Assembly (NCBI GenBank): GCA_017618015.1
Contig: JAFZVC010000025.1
Coordinates: 166,374-230,373, forward strand
Length of the DNA: 64,000 bases
Direction: 5' to 3'
Source of the DNA: Spirochaetaceae bacterium
GTDB lineage: Bacteria; Spirochaetota; Spirochaetia; Treponematales; Treponemataceae
Below are positions 52,914 through 63,325 of the stretch, piece by piece. Made by a program: the position numbers and the translations under genes. Within the stretch, counting starts at the first letter, position 1, and every line of letters begins with the position of its first letter. A model generated the notes under the pieces. The model saw nothing but the letters and a program-made list of their open reading frames with translations, had not been told where the DNA came from and did no database searches.

Positions 52914-53519
52914 TTAGAACGGCAGTTTTGTCAGCAGCAGCGCGATGCTTCCCATAAGCCAGCTTCCGGCTATCTGCACGATGATGCATGCTGCCAAAGT
53001 TATTCCGAGCTGTGCCTTGTACGAGAACGTCTTGTTTTTGAACAGAGCGAGTACTCGCTTTTGTACAGGATAAATAATCTTGTCGAGCTGGCTCCAGATT
53101 CCGGAGCTGTAGTCTTTGTGGAGCGCGTTTGCAATAAGGCGCAACGCGATAATTATATTGAAGAATGTTATTACTGACGATGCGATTGACCATATAAACT
53201 GAACAAAAGATGCCAATATCGCGCCAAGCCGGAATGCGCCGTTTGCAACTACTGAATTGAGCAGGTTCGAAACAAGTGCAAGAATTCCAAGCGCGATTAT
53301 CGGGGTAAGGTCAAGATTCGCTATATGAAGAAATCTGATTTTTCTGAAAATGTTCAAATATGGGTCACATATCGTTTTAAGATAGCCTGCGAATTTGGAA
53401 TCGCGTGCACCAGGGAACCACGTTATGATTATCCTGATAACGCATACGAACATATAAACAGAAAGAATCCAAGAAACAAGATTGAGAATCCATAAAAGCG
53501 GTGCCATAGTTGCCTCCAT
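52914..53519 (-). CDS. YggT-family membrane protein
   Basis: ...CDPYLNIFRKI....DLTPIIAL... resembles the YggT repeat. The start could be the Met at 53507. Confidence 0.5.
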   Translation of the reverse strand: MEATMAPLLWILNLVSWILSVYMFVCVIRIIITWFPGARDSKFAGYLKTICDPYLNIFRKIRFLHIANLDLTPIIALGILALVSNLLNSVVANGAFRLGAILASFVQFIWSIASSVITFFNIIIALRLIANALHKDYSSGIWSQLDKIIYPVQKRVLALFKNKTFSYKAQLGITLAACIIVQIAGSWLMGSIALLLTKLPF

Positions 53520-53524
53520 TCGAC

Positions 53525-56500
53525 TTAAATAGTCCAGATTTCCATGACTTCCGGCTGCTCCTTGAGCTCAGAAAGAAAATCCTCGTCCGCGGAGACTGTC
53601 ATTGAAGAACCAGCTTTGACAGTGTAGCATTTGTTCATGGTATCCATATGTAAATATAATGAACAATTCCCCGTAGCGCCAAATATAAAATCACGGAATT
53701 TCATCATTTCCCGTTCATTAAACGCCGCCGGATTGATTCTGACGTGGATTTCCTGAATTGAATGAGTCTGCAGTGTGTCAGGATTTTTTATGTCATCAAC
53801 AAGGAATGATGCAGGATCACGCGAAGTATCGATTTTTCCGGTTACGGCGATGATGTCGTCGTTGTGAAGCTGTGACTGAAGCTTCTCCCAAACCTTGGGG
53901 AAGAAAGTCAGGTCTGTCGCGCCGTCAAAATCCTCAAGTTTTGCAAAAGCCATAGGTGCGCCTTTTTTCGTCACAATAGGGCGGATGTCCTTAAGCATAC
54001 CGATTGCCGTGTATGAGCGGTCTTTTGTCACCTTGCCGAGCATAGACGAGCGGAACGTGGCGGCGCGCTCAATCGCCTTGCGGTACGTGTCGAGCGGATG
54101 ACCGGAAATATAAAACCCAAGTATTTCCTTTTCGATAGCGAGTTTTTCGAGCGGGCTCCATTCTTCCGCATCTGTAAAGGTAAAGTCAGCAAACTCTTTC
54201 TCGCCAGTATCCTCGAAAAGGCTTGCCTGTCCATATTCTTTAGCTTCGTTTATCTTTTCCACGTACTCAACGGCACGCTCCATGTTCGTAAGAAGCACGG
54301 CGCGTCCTTGCCCAAGATTGTCGAAAGCACCTGTTTTTATAAGAAGCTCTATAACTTTTTTGCTGACTGTTTTCAGATCAACACGCTCCAAAAAGTCCAT
54401 GAAGCTTTTGTACGGACCGTCTTTCTCGCGCTTCTGTACGATTTCTGCGGACGCGCCTTCTCCCAGACCCTTAATGCCCTTAAAACCATAGACAATTCTG
54501 CCGTCAACGACATCGAAGTAAATATCGGATCGGTTCACGTCCGGCGGGTCTATAGGAATGCCCATTTTGCGCGATTCTGCGATGTAATCCGCAACTCCGT
54601 CCGTAGATGTTATTTCATTGCGCAAGTTTGCCGCCATGAATTCCGCAGGGTAGTTTGCTTTTAGCCAACCTGTCCGGTACGCCAGGACGGAGTAAGCAGC
54701 GGCGTGCGATTTGTTGAAACCGTAGCCTGCGAACGGAACCATTATATCAAAGATTTCGTCGGCATGTTCTTTTGTATAGCCCTGTTTTATTGCTCCTTCC
54801 TCGAACTCAACCTTTTTTCCAGCCATGACTTCTGGCTTTTTCTTTCCCATAGCACGCCGCAGCATGTCCGCGCCGCCGAGCGAGAATCCGGCTATCTTTT
54901 GGGAAACCTGCATAACCTGCTCTTGGTAAACCATAACGCCGTACGTTTCCTTAAGAATGTCTTCAAGACACGGGTCTGGGTATTTTATGGTCTCTGGCTT
55001 CCACTTTCCGTCGATGTACTTCGGGATATAGTCCATAGGACCCGGACGGTAAAGCGCGTTCAAAGCGACAAGCTCCTCAAGGCGGCGCGGTTTTGCCTGC
55101 CTAAGAATCTTCTGCATTCCAGGGCTTTCAAACTGGAATACCGCAACGGAGTCTCCTCGGCAGAAAAGGTCGAACGTTTTCGGGTCCTCTTCTGAAACCT
55201 CTTCGCACTTGAATATCGGGTCTTCGGGCTTCTTATGCTTGTTTATAATATCTTCTGCGTACCTTATGAGCGAAAGCGTCTTAAGACCGAGGTAGTCAAA
55301 CTTAACGAGTCCACACGGCTCAATAATGTCCATCGTGTATTGAACACCGACTTCGCCTGTCTTGTAGTCTTTGAAAACAGGAGCCCAGTTCGGGAGTGCC
55401 GTAAGACCAATAACCATACCTGACGCGTGAAGACCTGTCTGCCTGATTACGCCCTCAAGCTTGAACGCAAGCTCGAAAAGCTTTTGATAGCGCGGGTCGT
55501 CTTTGTACGGTGCAAGAAGTCCACCTTCGCCAGCAGGAAACTTATCCGAAACTTCAAAAGCGTCCTTAAGCTTTGCCTTCGGGTTGTCCGGAACGCACTT
55601 TTTGAGCATGTTAACTTCAGAAAGCGGAATGTTAAGAGCGCGTCCAACGTCGGCAATAACAGCCTTTGGCTTCAGCGTTCCGAACGTTACGATGTGCCCT
55701 ACCTGCGGGTCGCCGTAAAGGTCGCGCGTATGCTGGATGATGTCCTGCCTGTAGTCGAAGTCCATGTCAACGTCAAAGTCAGGCATGGAGACGCGCTCTG
55801 GGTTAAGGAACCTCTCAAAAATCAGCTTGTATCGGAACGGATCGATGTCCGTAATCGTCATTGCGTATGCAACAAGGGATCCCGCGCCGGAACCTCGTCC
55901 CGGTCCAATCGGGATATACGGTTTCGGCTTGTTGTTCACGTTGTCCCACGTCGATTTTGACCAGTTAATGAACTCCCAAACGATAAGGAAGTATCCTGAG
56001 AATCCCATGCTGAAAATAATTCCAAGCTCGTATTCGGCGCGTTCGCGTATCTCGGGCGTAATCTCCTTGTACCGCTTTTTCAAGCCTTCCTCTACGATGT
56101 AACGAACGTAGTCGTCCTGGTTCTGCTTGTAGTCGTCGCCGTGCGTCTGGAACTCTTTCGGAAGCTCGAACCGCGGCAGACAATCTTTGAGTTCCTGCGT
56201 CTTGTACTGATGAATCGTCAGGTTGCACATGTTCGCAATCTTTATCGTATTGTCGAATGCTTCCTGATTCTCTGGGAAAAGAAGACGCATCTCCTGCTCT
56301 GTCTTGAAATACCAGTTGCAGTTACCGTCGCCACCCATCGTCTGGTGCGGTTCGGTCAGTATCTTTTTGAAGCCTATGCAGCGCAAACAGTCCTGCGCCT
56401 CTGCATCCTCTTTCTCGACGTAGTGAATATCGTTCGTAGCGACAAGCGGAATATCAAGCTCTTTCGCAAGCGCGATAAGCTTTTTATTGACGATTTTCTG

Positions 56501-57124
56501 ATCTTCAAGCCCGTGGTCCTGAATCTCGATGTAATAGTGGTCGGGGCCGAAAAGATTTTTGTATTTAAGCGCAAGCTCCTTAGCCTCTGCGTCCATTCCG
56601 GCAAGAAGAAGCTGCGGTAGCTCACCAGCGATACATGCGGAAAGGCAGATAAGACCCTCGTGGTATTTTTCGAGAAGCTCAAAGTCAATTCGCGGCTTTC
56701 CGTAGTAAAGACCTTCCGTGTACGCAATAGAAGAAAGCCAGCTCATGTTACGGTAGCCGGTTTCGTTTTCGCACAAAAGAATCAGGTGGAAGTAATGAGC
56801 GCGTCGGTCACCGTCCTCGCCTTTGTGTGAGTAAGGAACATCGTTTTTTTCAAGATGGCTTCCGTAAGCGACGTAGAATTCCTCGCCTACAATCGGGTTT
56901 ATGCCGTTCGCGTGGCAGATATGCTCAAAGTTCAGTACGCCGAACATGTTTCCGTGGTCGGTCAGCGCGAGCGCGGGCATGTTGAGCCGTTTCGCCTTTG
57001 CGATAAGGTTGTCGAGCTTTGCGCAGCTGTCCAAAAGCGAATAGTCAGAGTGAACGTGAAGATGAACGAAGTTAGCGACCGGGGTTCCTTCCGGCGCGGG
57101 ATCAAAAGTATGAATATCTGCCAT
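53525..57124 (-). CDS. dnaE: DNA polymerase III alpha subunit
   Basis: PHP domain FVHLHVHSDYSLLD, palm PDFDVDF, fingers, and OB-fold C-terminus. 1199 aa counted from MADIHTF. Confidence 0.95.
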   Translation of the reverse strand: MADIHTFDPAPEGTPVANFVHLHVHSDYSLLDSCAKLDNLIAKAKRLNMPALALTDHGNMFGVLNFEHICHANGINPIVGEEFYVAYGSHLEKNDVPYSHKGEDGDRRAHYFHLILLCENETGYRNMSWLSSIAYTEGLYYGKPRIDFELLEKYHEGLICLSACIAGELPQLLLAGMDAEAKELALKYKNLFGPDHYYIEIQDHGLEDQKIVNKKLIALAKELDIPLVATNDIHYVEKEDAEAQDCLRCIGFKKILTEPHQTMGGDGNCNWYFKTEQEMRLLFPENQEAFDNTIKIANMCNLTIHQYKTQELKDCLPRFELPKEFQTHGDDYKQNQDDYVRYIVEEGLKKRYKEITPEIRERAEYELGIIFSMGFSGYFLIVWEFINWSKSTWDNVNNKPKPYIPIGPGRGSGAGSLVAYAMTITDIDPFRYKLIFERFLNPERVSMPDFDVDMDFDYRQDIIQHTRDLYGDPQVGHIVTFGTLKPKAVIADVGRALNIPLSEVNMLKKCVPDNPKAKLKDAFEVSDKFPAGEGGLLAPYKDDPRYQKLFELAFKLEGVIRQTGLHASGMVIGLTALPNWAPVFKDYKTGEVGVQYTMDIIEPCGLVKFDYLGLKTLSLIRYAEDIINKHKKPEDPIFKCEEVSEEDPKTFDLFCRGDSVAVFQFESPGMQKILRQAKPRRLEELVALNALYRPGPMDYIPKYIDGKWKPETIKYPDPCLEDILKETYGVMVYQEQVMQVSQKIAGFSLGGADMLRRAMGKKKPEVMAGKKVEFEEGAIKQGYTKEHADEIFDIMVPFAGYGFNKSHAAAYSVLAYRTGWLKANYPAEFMAANLRNEITSTDGVADYIAESRKMGIPIDPPDVNRSDIYFDVVDGRIVYGFKGIKGLGEGASAEIVQKREKDGPYKSFMDFLERVDLKTVSKKVIELLIKTGAFDNLGQGRAVLLTNMERAVEYVEKINEAKEYGQASLFEDTGEKEFADFTFTDAEEWSPLEKLAIEKEILGFYISGHPLDTYRKAIERAATFRSSMLGKVTKDRSYTAIGMLKDIRPIVTKKGAPMAFAKLEDFDGATDLTFFPKVWEKLQSQLHNDDIIAVTGKIDTSRDPASFLVDDIKNPDTLQTHSIQEIHVRINPAAFNEREMMKFRDFIFGATGNCSLYLHMDTMNKCYTVKAGSSMTVSADEDFLSELKEQPEVMEIWTI

Positions 57125-57316
57125 TTTGGTTCCTTGTTTCAATCCATATTACCCGAATCTTAGGAATAAGGAAAGGGAAAACGACACCTTCGGTTTCTTT
57201 TTCCCTTTCAATCCTTTTTTCTTCCAAGTGTTTGCGTATGTTCAAAACTCTTGTCAGCTGAAAAAAACTGCATTTGTACGGTTTATGCGTTTTTTATGTA
57301 TGTCTATGACGACTGC

Positions 57317-57344
57317 TTACTTTTTTCCTGTTTTACGGTATAAT
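57317..57344 (+). promoter_or_regulatory. sigma-70 promoter of the GAF/fRMsr gene, positioned for a leaderless transcript
   Basis: TTACTT-16 nt-TATAAT. The -10 box ends 6 nt before ATG 57351, and there is no SD. Confidence 0.4.
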
Positions 57345-57350
57345 TGCGAT

Positions 57351-57806
57351 ATGTACAAAACACTTACAGCGCAGCTTGAGTCGCTTTCAGAGGGCATTAC
57401 GTATCCGGTGACGATTCTTTCGAACGCAGCTGCGATTCTTTTTAATTCGCTTGAAGACATAAATTGGGCAGGATTTTATATACTCGACGATTCTGGTAAT
57501 GAAAGTGGAACTCTTTTGCTTGGACCTTTTCAGGGTAAGCCCGCGTGTATGAAAATTCCAGTGGGGAAGGGCGTTTGCGGTACGGCCGTCGCTCGTGGCG
57601 AGACTGTTCTTGTCCGCGACGTGCATGAGTTTCCGGGGCATATTGCGTGTGACAGCGCATCCAATTCAGAGATTGTCGTTCCGATTTTTCATGGGGAGCG
57701 CGTTTACGGTGTTCTTGATATAGACAGTCCGAGCGTCGGGCGGTTTACGGACGATGACAGACGTGCCTTTGAAGAGTTTGTGGCTGTTTTGGAAAAATAT
57801 ATCTGA
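57351..57806 (+). CDS. GAF-domain protein, free methionine-(R)-sulfoxide reductase-like (YebR/MsrC family)
   Basis: GPFQGKPACMKIPVGKGVCGTA ... FPGHIACDSASNSEIVVP ... GVLDIDS is the family signature. The upstream part of the track ORF overlaps the dnaE start and is rejected. Confidence 0.75.
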   Translation: MYKTLTAQLESLSEGITYPVTILSNAAAILFNSLEDINWAGFYILDDSGNESGTLLLGPFQGKPACMKIPVGKGVCGTAVARGETVLVRDVHEFPGHIACDSASNSEIVVPIFHGERVYGVLDIDSPSVGRFTDDDRRAFEEFVAVLEKYI

Positions 57807-57817
57807 GGGGATGAGTC

Positions 57818-60787
57818 GTGTCGGCGGCAAGCAAAACTCTTTTGAATAAAAAATCTTTCGCTTTGTTTCTTTTGTTAGCGTTCGTTCTGTTCACCGTCGC
57901 GTCACAGGAGATTTCGCCAGTTTCTGGCATCCCGCATCTTTTTTATGGCAAGTTTTCCAACGGCCTTGATTATTATTTCCTTGAAGATTATTCCGCGCCG
58001 TCCGCTTCTTTTTGCTATGCGGTGAAAGCCGGCACTTCCGTTCAGACAGCGGATACAACAGGCTTTTCGGAACTGTACGCGCGCCTTTTCTTTTCGCCAG
58101 TCGGCGGTCAGCAATCATTTTATGATAAAGGTGCTTTTTCTGTAAATGCAGAATGTACAAGTGATTATGCGCTTTATTCAGCAACTTTTTCTGCTGACCG
58201 AATGACCGATATCCTTTCTTTGCTTACGAAATGCGCAGCTGCGAAAAGCTTTCCTGATGATGAGCTTTGGATGCAGTATCAGGCTATGAGGCGCAAGGCT
58301 TCCGAGTGGGATGGGTCATCTGAAAGCTACATAAACGGCGCGATGGATGCAAAAATGTTCCCCGCGTATCCGTGGAGCCGCGAGACTGGGCTTTATGCTG
58401 ACTCGTTCAACGGATATTGGGTTGATAGTGCTGCTTCAATACTTGATGAAATGCGGCAAACTTATTATGCGCCGGAAAATGCCGCGCTTTTTTTGTGCGG
58501 GCCGTTCGCGCCGGATGAAGTTTTTAAGCTTCTCGTGAGCCTTGCCTCGGACGAGGATTCTGCGCCTGCCGCAAATAGTGGGCAAGCTGTCAGTTCCGCG
58601 CGGGTTATCGAAAGCGGAACGAGCGTTTTGGAGCTTGCCGCAGTCGCGTCTTCCGGCAAAGGCGGGCTGTATGTTCTCGTCTCTGACGGTTTCTCAAAAG
58701 AGTTCAATCAGATTAGCATTCAGTATGTACTTCCTGAATGTTTTATGACCGCCGCAGGAGCTGCTGCTGTAGAAACGGCGGCTTCCGTTCTTGAGAATGG
58801 CTCTGCTTTCAAAAATATTGTCCTTGCTGACGAAACGTGCGGGATAAAAAGTGCGGATTGGCTTTACTCGTCGTTTTCCCGTAAACAGTCGGGCAGTCGC
58901 CTTATTGTTCAGGCTCTTATGGAAAACGGTGAAGTTTCGCCGGGAACACAGGCTTTGGCTTTTTCCCGCTGTATAAAAAGCGACGCTATTTTTCCCGCTG
59001 ACGAAGTTGCTTATTTTTCTGCTGTGGTCGCGGACAGGCTGAGTTTGTTACGGCGCGATCCATTCACACTGATTCACACGCTCGCGGAGGACTGGGCTTT
59101 TTGTACGCCTGTGTTCACGGAGCTGAACCGCGCCCTTAACGAATCGTTTGCAGAGCAGTTCACCGCTTCGTATGCATCAGCTGCCCGCTCCCTTACTGCC
59201 GCCGAGCTCTCCCACGTTTTAGACAGCGAACCGTATATCTTTTTGCTCTTGAACAACGATGTATACAAGGCAAACAAAGATACGCTTGAAAAAGAAGGAT
59301 TTGTCCTCATCCCTAAAGATAAAGGCATATGGTATAAAACGGGCGAATACAAAGACGGCGGAAATAAGTCTTTCGCGATGCTGGTAGCGGAAAAACTTGG
59401 ATCTGGTCTTGCACCGGAACTGGTGCAGCCTGAGTCATTGGAGCCGCCGACAGCCGAGATACAGCCAGTTACAGAGTTATCAAGCGGCATAGCAAACTAT
59501 ATTGCGCACGGAAAAACCGCGACAACGCAGAAAACGCTTTCCAACGGCATTCCTGTGCTCGTTCGGGACAGTACATCATCAGCTTTTTCGTTCCAGATTC
59601 AGTTTTCTGGCAAAAAAGAAGGTTTTTCCGCGTTCGAACGTGATATGCGAACTGTAATATCTGATGTAATAGCCAATAATATAAGGAAATATATTCTTTA
59701 TTCCGGGGCAGTCCCGTACGATGGTTTTTCCGTTTCGCCTGAATGCACGCTGTACGGTTCATCTGTTGTCGTCAGTACAACGACAGCATATGCTGAACCC
59801 GTTATTTCTTTGACGGCAGAAGCTTTGTTCTTCGGCGAGCTTTCGGCACCCCGCATTGATGAAAGCGCATACAGCCGTAGCTCAGAGTTGAGTTTGAAGC
59901 GTGCTGATGGCGATTTCCAGCTTCATTCGGCGGCGCTCTCGCGGTTGTATCAGGGAGCTGTTGGTGCCGGTTATTTCGACTTGAAAGGTGACTTCTTGAC
60001 GAATATAACCTTTCAGGATATAGAAATGGAGTATCTTTCTATGCTCGATGCGGATTGCCTCTCCATTTCGATTTGCGGTGAGAACGCATCCGATTACGTT
60101 TCTCTTACTGAAAACTGCTTCGGATTCCTTATGGGCTTTTCATCATCGTGCCGAGATTCTGCTGTTTCCGCGCCAATTACGGCTTTCCCCGATGACTCTG
60201 TTCCAGTGACGCTCAGGCGAATCTTCACTTCGTCCGTTAAGCCCGGCGAATATGTCGCTCAACCGCCAAAACTTATCCCGACAGAAGTGTTCTACGATCC
60301 ATTTCACATCTACTTTGAGTGTCCAGCTTACGATTCTCCTGAATACGCTGTTTTTGTTGCGCTTGTGTACGAGCTTGCCGATATTCTTGACGGAATGTGG
60401 GAGCCGGGCGTTCTGCCGTCTTTAGATATGGTTTACAAACCGATTGCGGGCGTATGGTTTCACGGTGTAACCCGCGCTGCTGATGTGTATGATGTTTTTG
60501 CAAAAGGACTTGAAAAGCTTCAGGAGCCGTTCGACGCTGTCCGCATACAGAAAATTTGCGACCGTTATGTCGAAAAGTTCTGTTCCGTGAAGGATTCATC
60601 AACTTCATGTACGGAAAATATGCTCGTAAGCCGGTTCTACGGCAACGAAGTCGCAGATTGCGAAATTACTGGTTATCTTTCTCAGCTTGAACGGCTACAT
60701 AACGCCACCGCCGAAGATTTCGCCAAAATTGCCGCACGTTTTAAAACGCTGCCGTTGCTCCGCAGCGTCTCCGCCGATACAAAATAG
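57818..60787 (+). CDS. large secreted insulinase (M16)-like protein, HxxEH motif not found
   Basis: GTG start and signal peptide. The N-terminal region (NGLDYYFLED...AVKAGT...TGFSELYARLFF) resembles M16 but carries FSELY where HxxEH is expected. Confidence 0.4.
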   Translation: MSAASKTLLNKKSFALFLLLAFVLFTVASQEISPVSGIPHLFYGKFSNGLDYYFLEDYSAPSASFCYAVKAGTSVQTADTTGFSELYARLFFSPVGGQQSFYDKGAFSVNAECTSDYALYSATFSADRMTDILSLLTKCAAAKSFPDDELWMQYQAMRRKASEWDGSSESYINGAMDAKMFPAYPWSRETGLYADSFNGYWVDSAASILDEMRQTYYAPENAALFLCGPFAPDEVFKLLVSLASDEDSAPAANSGQAVSSARVIESGTSVLELAAVASSGKGGLYVLVSDGFSKEFNQISIQYVLPECFMTAAGAAAVETAASVLENGSAFKNIVLADETCGIKSADWLYSSFSRKQSGSRLIVQALMENGEVSPGTQALAFSRCIKSDAIFPADEVAYFSAVVADRLSLLRRDPFTLIHTLAEDWAFCTPVFTELNRALNESFAEQFTASYASAARSLTAAELSHVLDSEPYIFLLLNNDVYKANKDTLEKEGFVLIPKDKGIWYKTGEYKDGGNKSFAMLVAEKLGSGLAPELVQPESLEPPTAEIQPVTELSSGIANYIAHGKTATTQKTLSNGIPVLVRDSTSSAFSFQIQFSGKKEGFSAFERDMRTVISDVIANNIRKYILYSGAVPYDGFSVSPECTLYGSSVVVSTTTAYAEPVISLTAEALFFGELSAPRIDESAYSRSSELSLKRADGDFQLHSAALSRLYQGAVGAGYFDLKGDFLTNITFQDIEMEYLSMLDADCLSISICGENASDYVSLTENCFGFLMGFSSSCRDSAVSAPITAFPDDSVPVTLRRIFTSSVKPGEYVAQPPKLIPTEVFYDPFHIYFECPAYDSPEYAVFVALVYELADILDGMWEPGVLPSLDMVYKPIAGVWFHGVTRAADVYDVFAKGLEKLQEPFDAVRIQKICDRYVEKFCSVKDSSTSCTENMLVSRFYGNEVADCEITGYLSQLERLHNATAEDFAKIAARFKTLPLLRSVSADTK

Positions 60788-60836
60788 AGTGTCTAGAAGT
60801 TCGGGCAAAACGCAACTCCTGTGCAAATTCACGTAT

Positions 60837-61790
60837 TTACCCGCGCTTTTTCTGCTCTTTAAGAGAGTTCCGCTCCCAGAAAACGCCGTCAGAATAGCCT
60901 TGTATCGTTTTGTCTGCATCGGCATCCGCAAGCCGTTTTTCTGCCCAAAGGCAGTATTCTTCGTTAATCTCTATGCCGCAGTACTTTCTGCCAAGTTTTT
61001 TCGCCGTAACGCAGGCGGTGCCGCTGCCAGAAAACGGCTCGAAAACCATGTCGCCTTCGTTCGACGAGGCTAAAATCAGTTTGGCATAAAGCTTTTCCGG
61101 CTTTTGCGTCGGGTGGTCGGTATTTTCTTTCATCGACCAGAACGGCACGCTTATATCGTCCCAAAAGTTAGACGGATGAGTAAGCCTGAAATTTCCTTCA
61201 TCAGTTTCCTGCCAGTCTTTCGGCTTTCCGTCAAGTTTGTATGGGGCTATTACGCGCCGTTTCATCATCACGCTTTCTGTGTTGAACGTGTAGCTTGCCG
61301 GGTTTTTAACAGCGAACCAAATATCTTCCATGCTGTTTTTCCAGTTCGCTTTTGCTCCGCGTCCTTTTTCGCGCTGCCAAGTGATGCGGTTCAGTATCGT
61401 GAGCTCTTTTTCAACAGCGCGCTGCAAAGATGAAGTGCATTTCCAGTCTCCGCAGATATAAAGCGAGCCGTTCGGCTTAAGCTTGCGGCAGACAGCCGGG
61501 AACCAGCTTTCAAGAAAAGCGTCGTATGACTCACTTGTCATCGCGCTGAAAACTTTGCCGCCAAAGTTTTTCGTCAGGTTGTACGGCGGGTCGATTATAA
61601 TAAGGTCTGCAAAAGCGTCCGGGACATGCGCCAGTGCTTTCAAAATGTCGCATTGTATGATTTTGTTCTCGATATTTCCGCATGATTCAAGGATTTCCTG
61701 CGTCACGAGCTTTTCTCGCAGTTGCGGAATCTCTTCTTCTGTAAGCGTGAGCGTTCTATTGTTTGGGGCTTTCACTTTTTTATCTGCCAT
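60837..61790 (-). CDS. beta-class N6-adenine/N4-cytosine DNA methyltransferase (no cognate nuclease nearby)
   Basis: Motif IV IIIDPPYN lies near the N-terminus and motif I FEPFSGSGTA near the C-terminus, which is the beta-class order. Confidence 0.8.
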   Translation of the reverse strand: MADKKVKAPNNRTLTLTEEEIPQLREKLVTQEILESCGNIENKIIQCDILKALAHVPDAFADLIIIDPPYNLTKNFGGKVFSAMTSESYDAFLESWFPAVCRKLKPNGSLYICGDWKCTSSLQRAVEKELTILNRITWQREKGRGAKANWKNSMEDIWFAVKNPASYTFNTESVMMKRRVIAPYKLDGKPKDWQETDEGNFRLTHPSNFWDDISVPFWSMKENTDHPTQKPEKLYAKLILASSNEGDMVFEPFSGSGTACVTAKKLGRKYCGIEINEEYCLWAEKRLADADADKTIQGYSDGVFWERNSLKEQKKRG

Positions 61791-61990
61791 ACTGAAAGGA
61801 TAAAACCGGCACGTTTTTTAGTCAATTACGCTCCGGAATAATGTTTTCGCGCAGGCTTGGAAAACGCGGAAGCCCTGAAATCTCCAATTTTATAGAATGA
61901 CAAATAAAATTTCTTGTGGTAGAATGTTAGTAAACCAGTTTCAATCACACTTACGGAGAAAAGGCTTTAAGTTTACCAAAAGGAAATCCT

Positions 61991-63325
61991 ATGGATTATG
62001 AACTGAAAAGACAGTATTACAACATCTATAGAAACATTCATCAGCTTATAGAAAAATTTGAACGTGATATAGGTGACGTTACTCCTGGCGAGCGTGAAGA
62101 AATCCGTATGGAGATAATTCAGAATTATCTTGTTGTAGGTGAGCGTGAGCCCGCTATCCTTATGCTGAACGATTATATCGATCAGTGGATAACACCCAAA
62201 AATCTTTTCCATTCAGCTGCTCCTGTACGGGCATATGTGCTTCTTATCCTTCTGTACATTAATACCGGCAGAATTGCACTGGCAGAAGAAGTTCTTGATC
62301 GTTTTAAAACATACATAAAATATTCCGTCAAAGATGCGGCTCCATACTCAACGGTCGTTGTATATACAGAACTTCTGGAAACGATGGTTAAGCGTGATTT
62401 CTCTGACGGTAAGACGATGCTCCAGAAAATAGAGAACATGGAAAAGTACTACGAGGATAACAAAAATACACTCCCCGTTGATTTTGCAGTAAGCATATAT
62501 ATGTTCTTTTCCGGTTGTTATTTCCGCATGAAGCAAAAAGACAAGGCGCTTGAGTACTGGAAAAAAGCATACGCCATGTCGGAGGTAGCGGGGCTTCGTT
62601 TCCGTACGTGCGAATTGTACAGATTCCTTTCCAGCTGCTATGAAAATGCCGGAATGTATAAAGAAGCATTGGAAAACTACAATATTTTCTGCAAAAACAG
62701 AAATGAGATATGGAATGCCAAAGAGTACGCCTATTCTGACTATTTGATTACTGAATACGGAATCCAGTCAGCGGCAGAAATAGAAAAAGACTTGCGTGAA
62801 AAGAACAGTTCCCTTCGTGAAAAAGCGAGCAAGGACACTTTGACAGGCTTGTTCAACAGGCGTTATTTGAACAAGACACTCGATGAAATGTTCAAAAAAG
62901 AAGGGGAAATCACATTCCATGCAATTATGTTCGACATTGACTTTTTCAAGGAATATAATGACAACTACGGTCATCTTAAGGGCGACCGCATATTGGAAAG
63001 AATAGGCAGCATGATGTTGGAGTTTTCTTCCGAAAACGCCATTCCTGTCCGTTATGGCGGTGAAGAATTCCTGATGATAATACGCAATCAGAGCATTATG
63101 GAGACAGAGATTGTCGCGAAAACCATTTTGCAGGAGTTGAGGAACAAGCATTATTCACACGATCATTCTGAAACTGCCAAAATTGTGACGTTGAGCGCGG
63201 GTATAGCAGAGTATAAATGCAGTTCGTTCGATGACGTGTATATCCTTTGTGATATGGCGGACAAAGCATTGTACAAAGCCAAGAACAATGGTAGAAATAC
63301 GTGTGTGAGGTACGATGAGCTGTGA
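61991..63325 (+). CDS. TPR-like sensor domain diguanylate cyclase (GGDEF)
   Basis: DTLTGLFNRRYL, DIDFFKEYND..GH and RYGGEEFLMI motifs with a helical-repeat N-terminus. Confidence 0.85.
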   Translation: MDYELKRQYYNIYRNIHQLIEKFERDIGDVTPGEREEIRMEIIQNYLVVGEREPAILMLNDYIDQWITPKNLFHSAAPVRAYVLLILLYINTGRIALAEEVLDRFKTYIKYSVKDAAPYSTVVVYTELLETMVKRDFSDGKTMLQKIENMEKYYEDNKNTLPVDFAVSIYMFFSGCYFRMKQKDKALEYWKKAYAMSEVAGLRFRTCELYRFLSSCYENAGMYKEALENYNIFCKNRNEIWNAKEYAYSDYLITEYGIQSAAEIEKDLREKNSSLREKASKDTLTGLFNRRYLNKTLDEMFKKEGEITFHAIMFDIDFFKEYNDNYGHLKGDRILERIGSMMLEFSSENAIPVRYGGEEFLMIIRNQSIMETEIVAKTILQELRNKHYSHDHSETAKIVTLSAGIAEYKCSSFDDVYILCDMADKALYKAKNNGRNTCVRYDEL

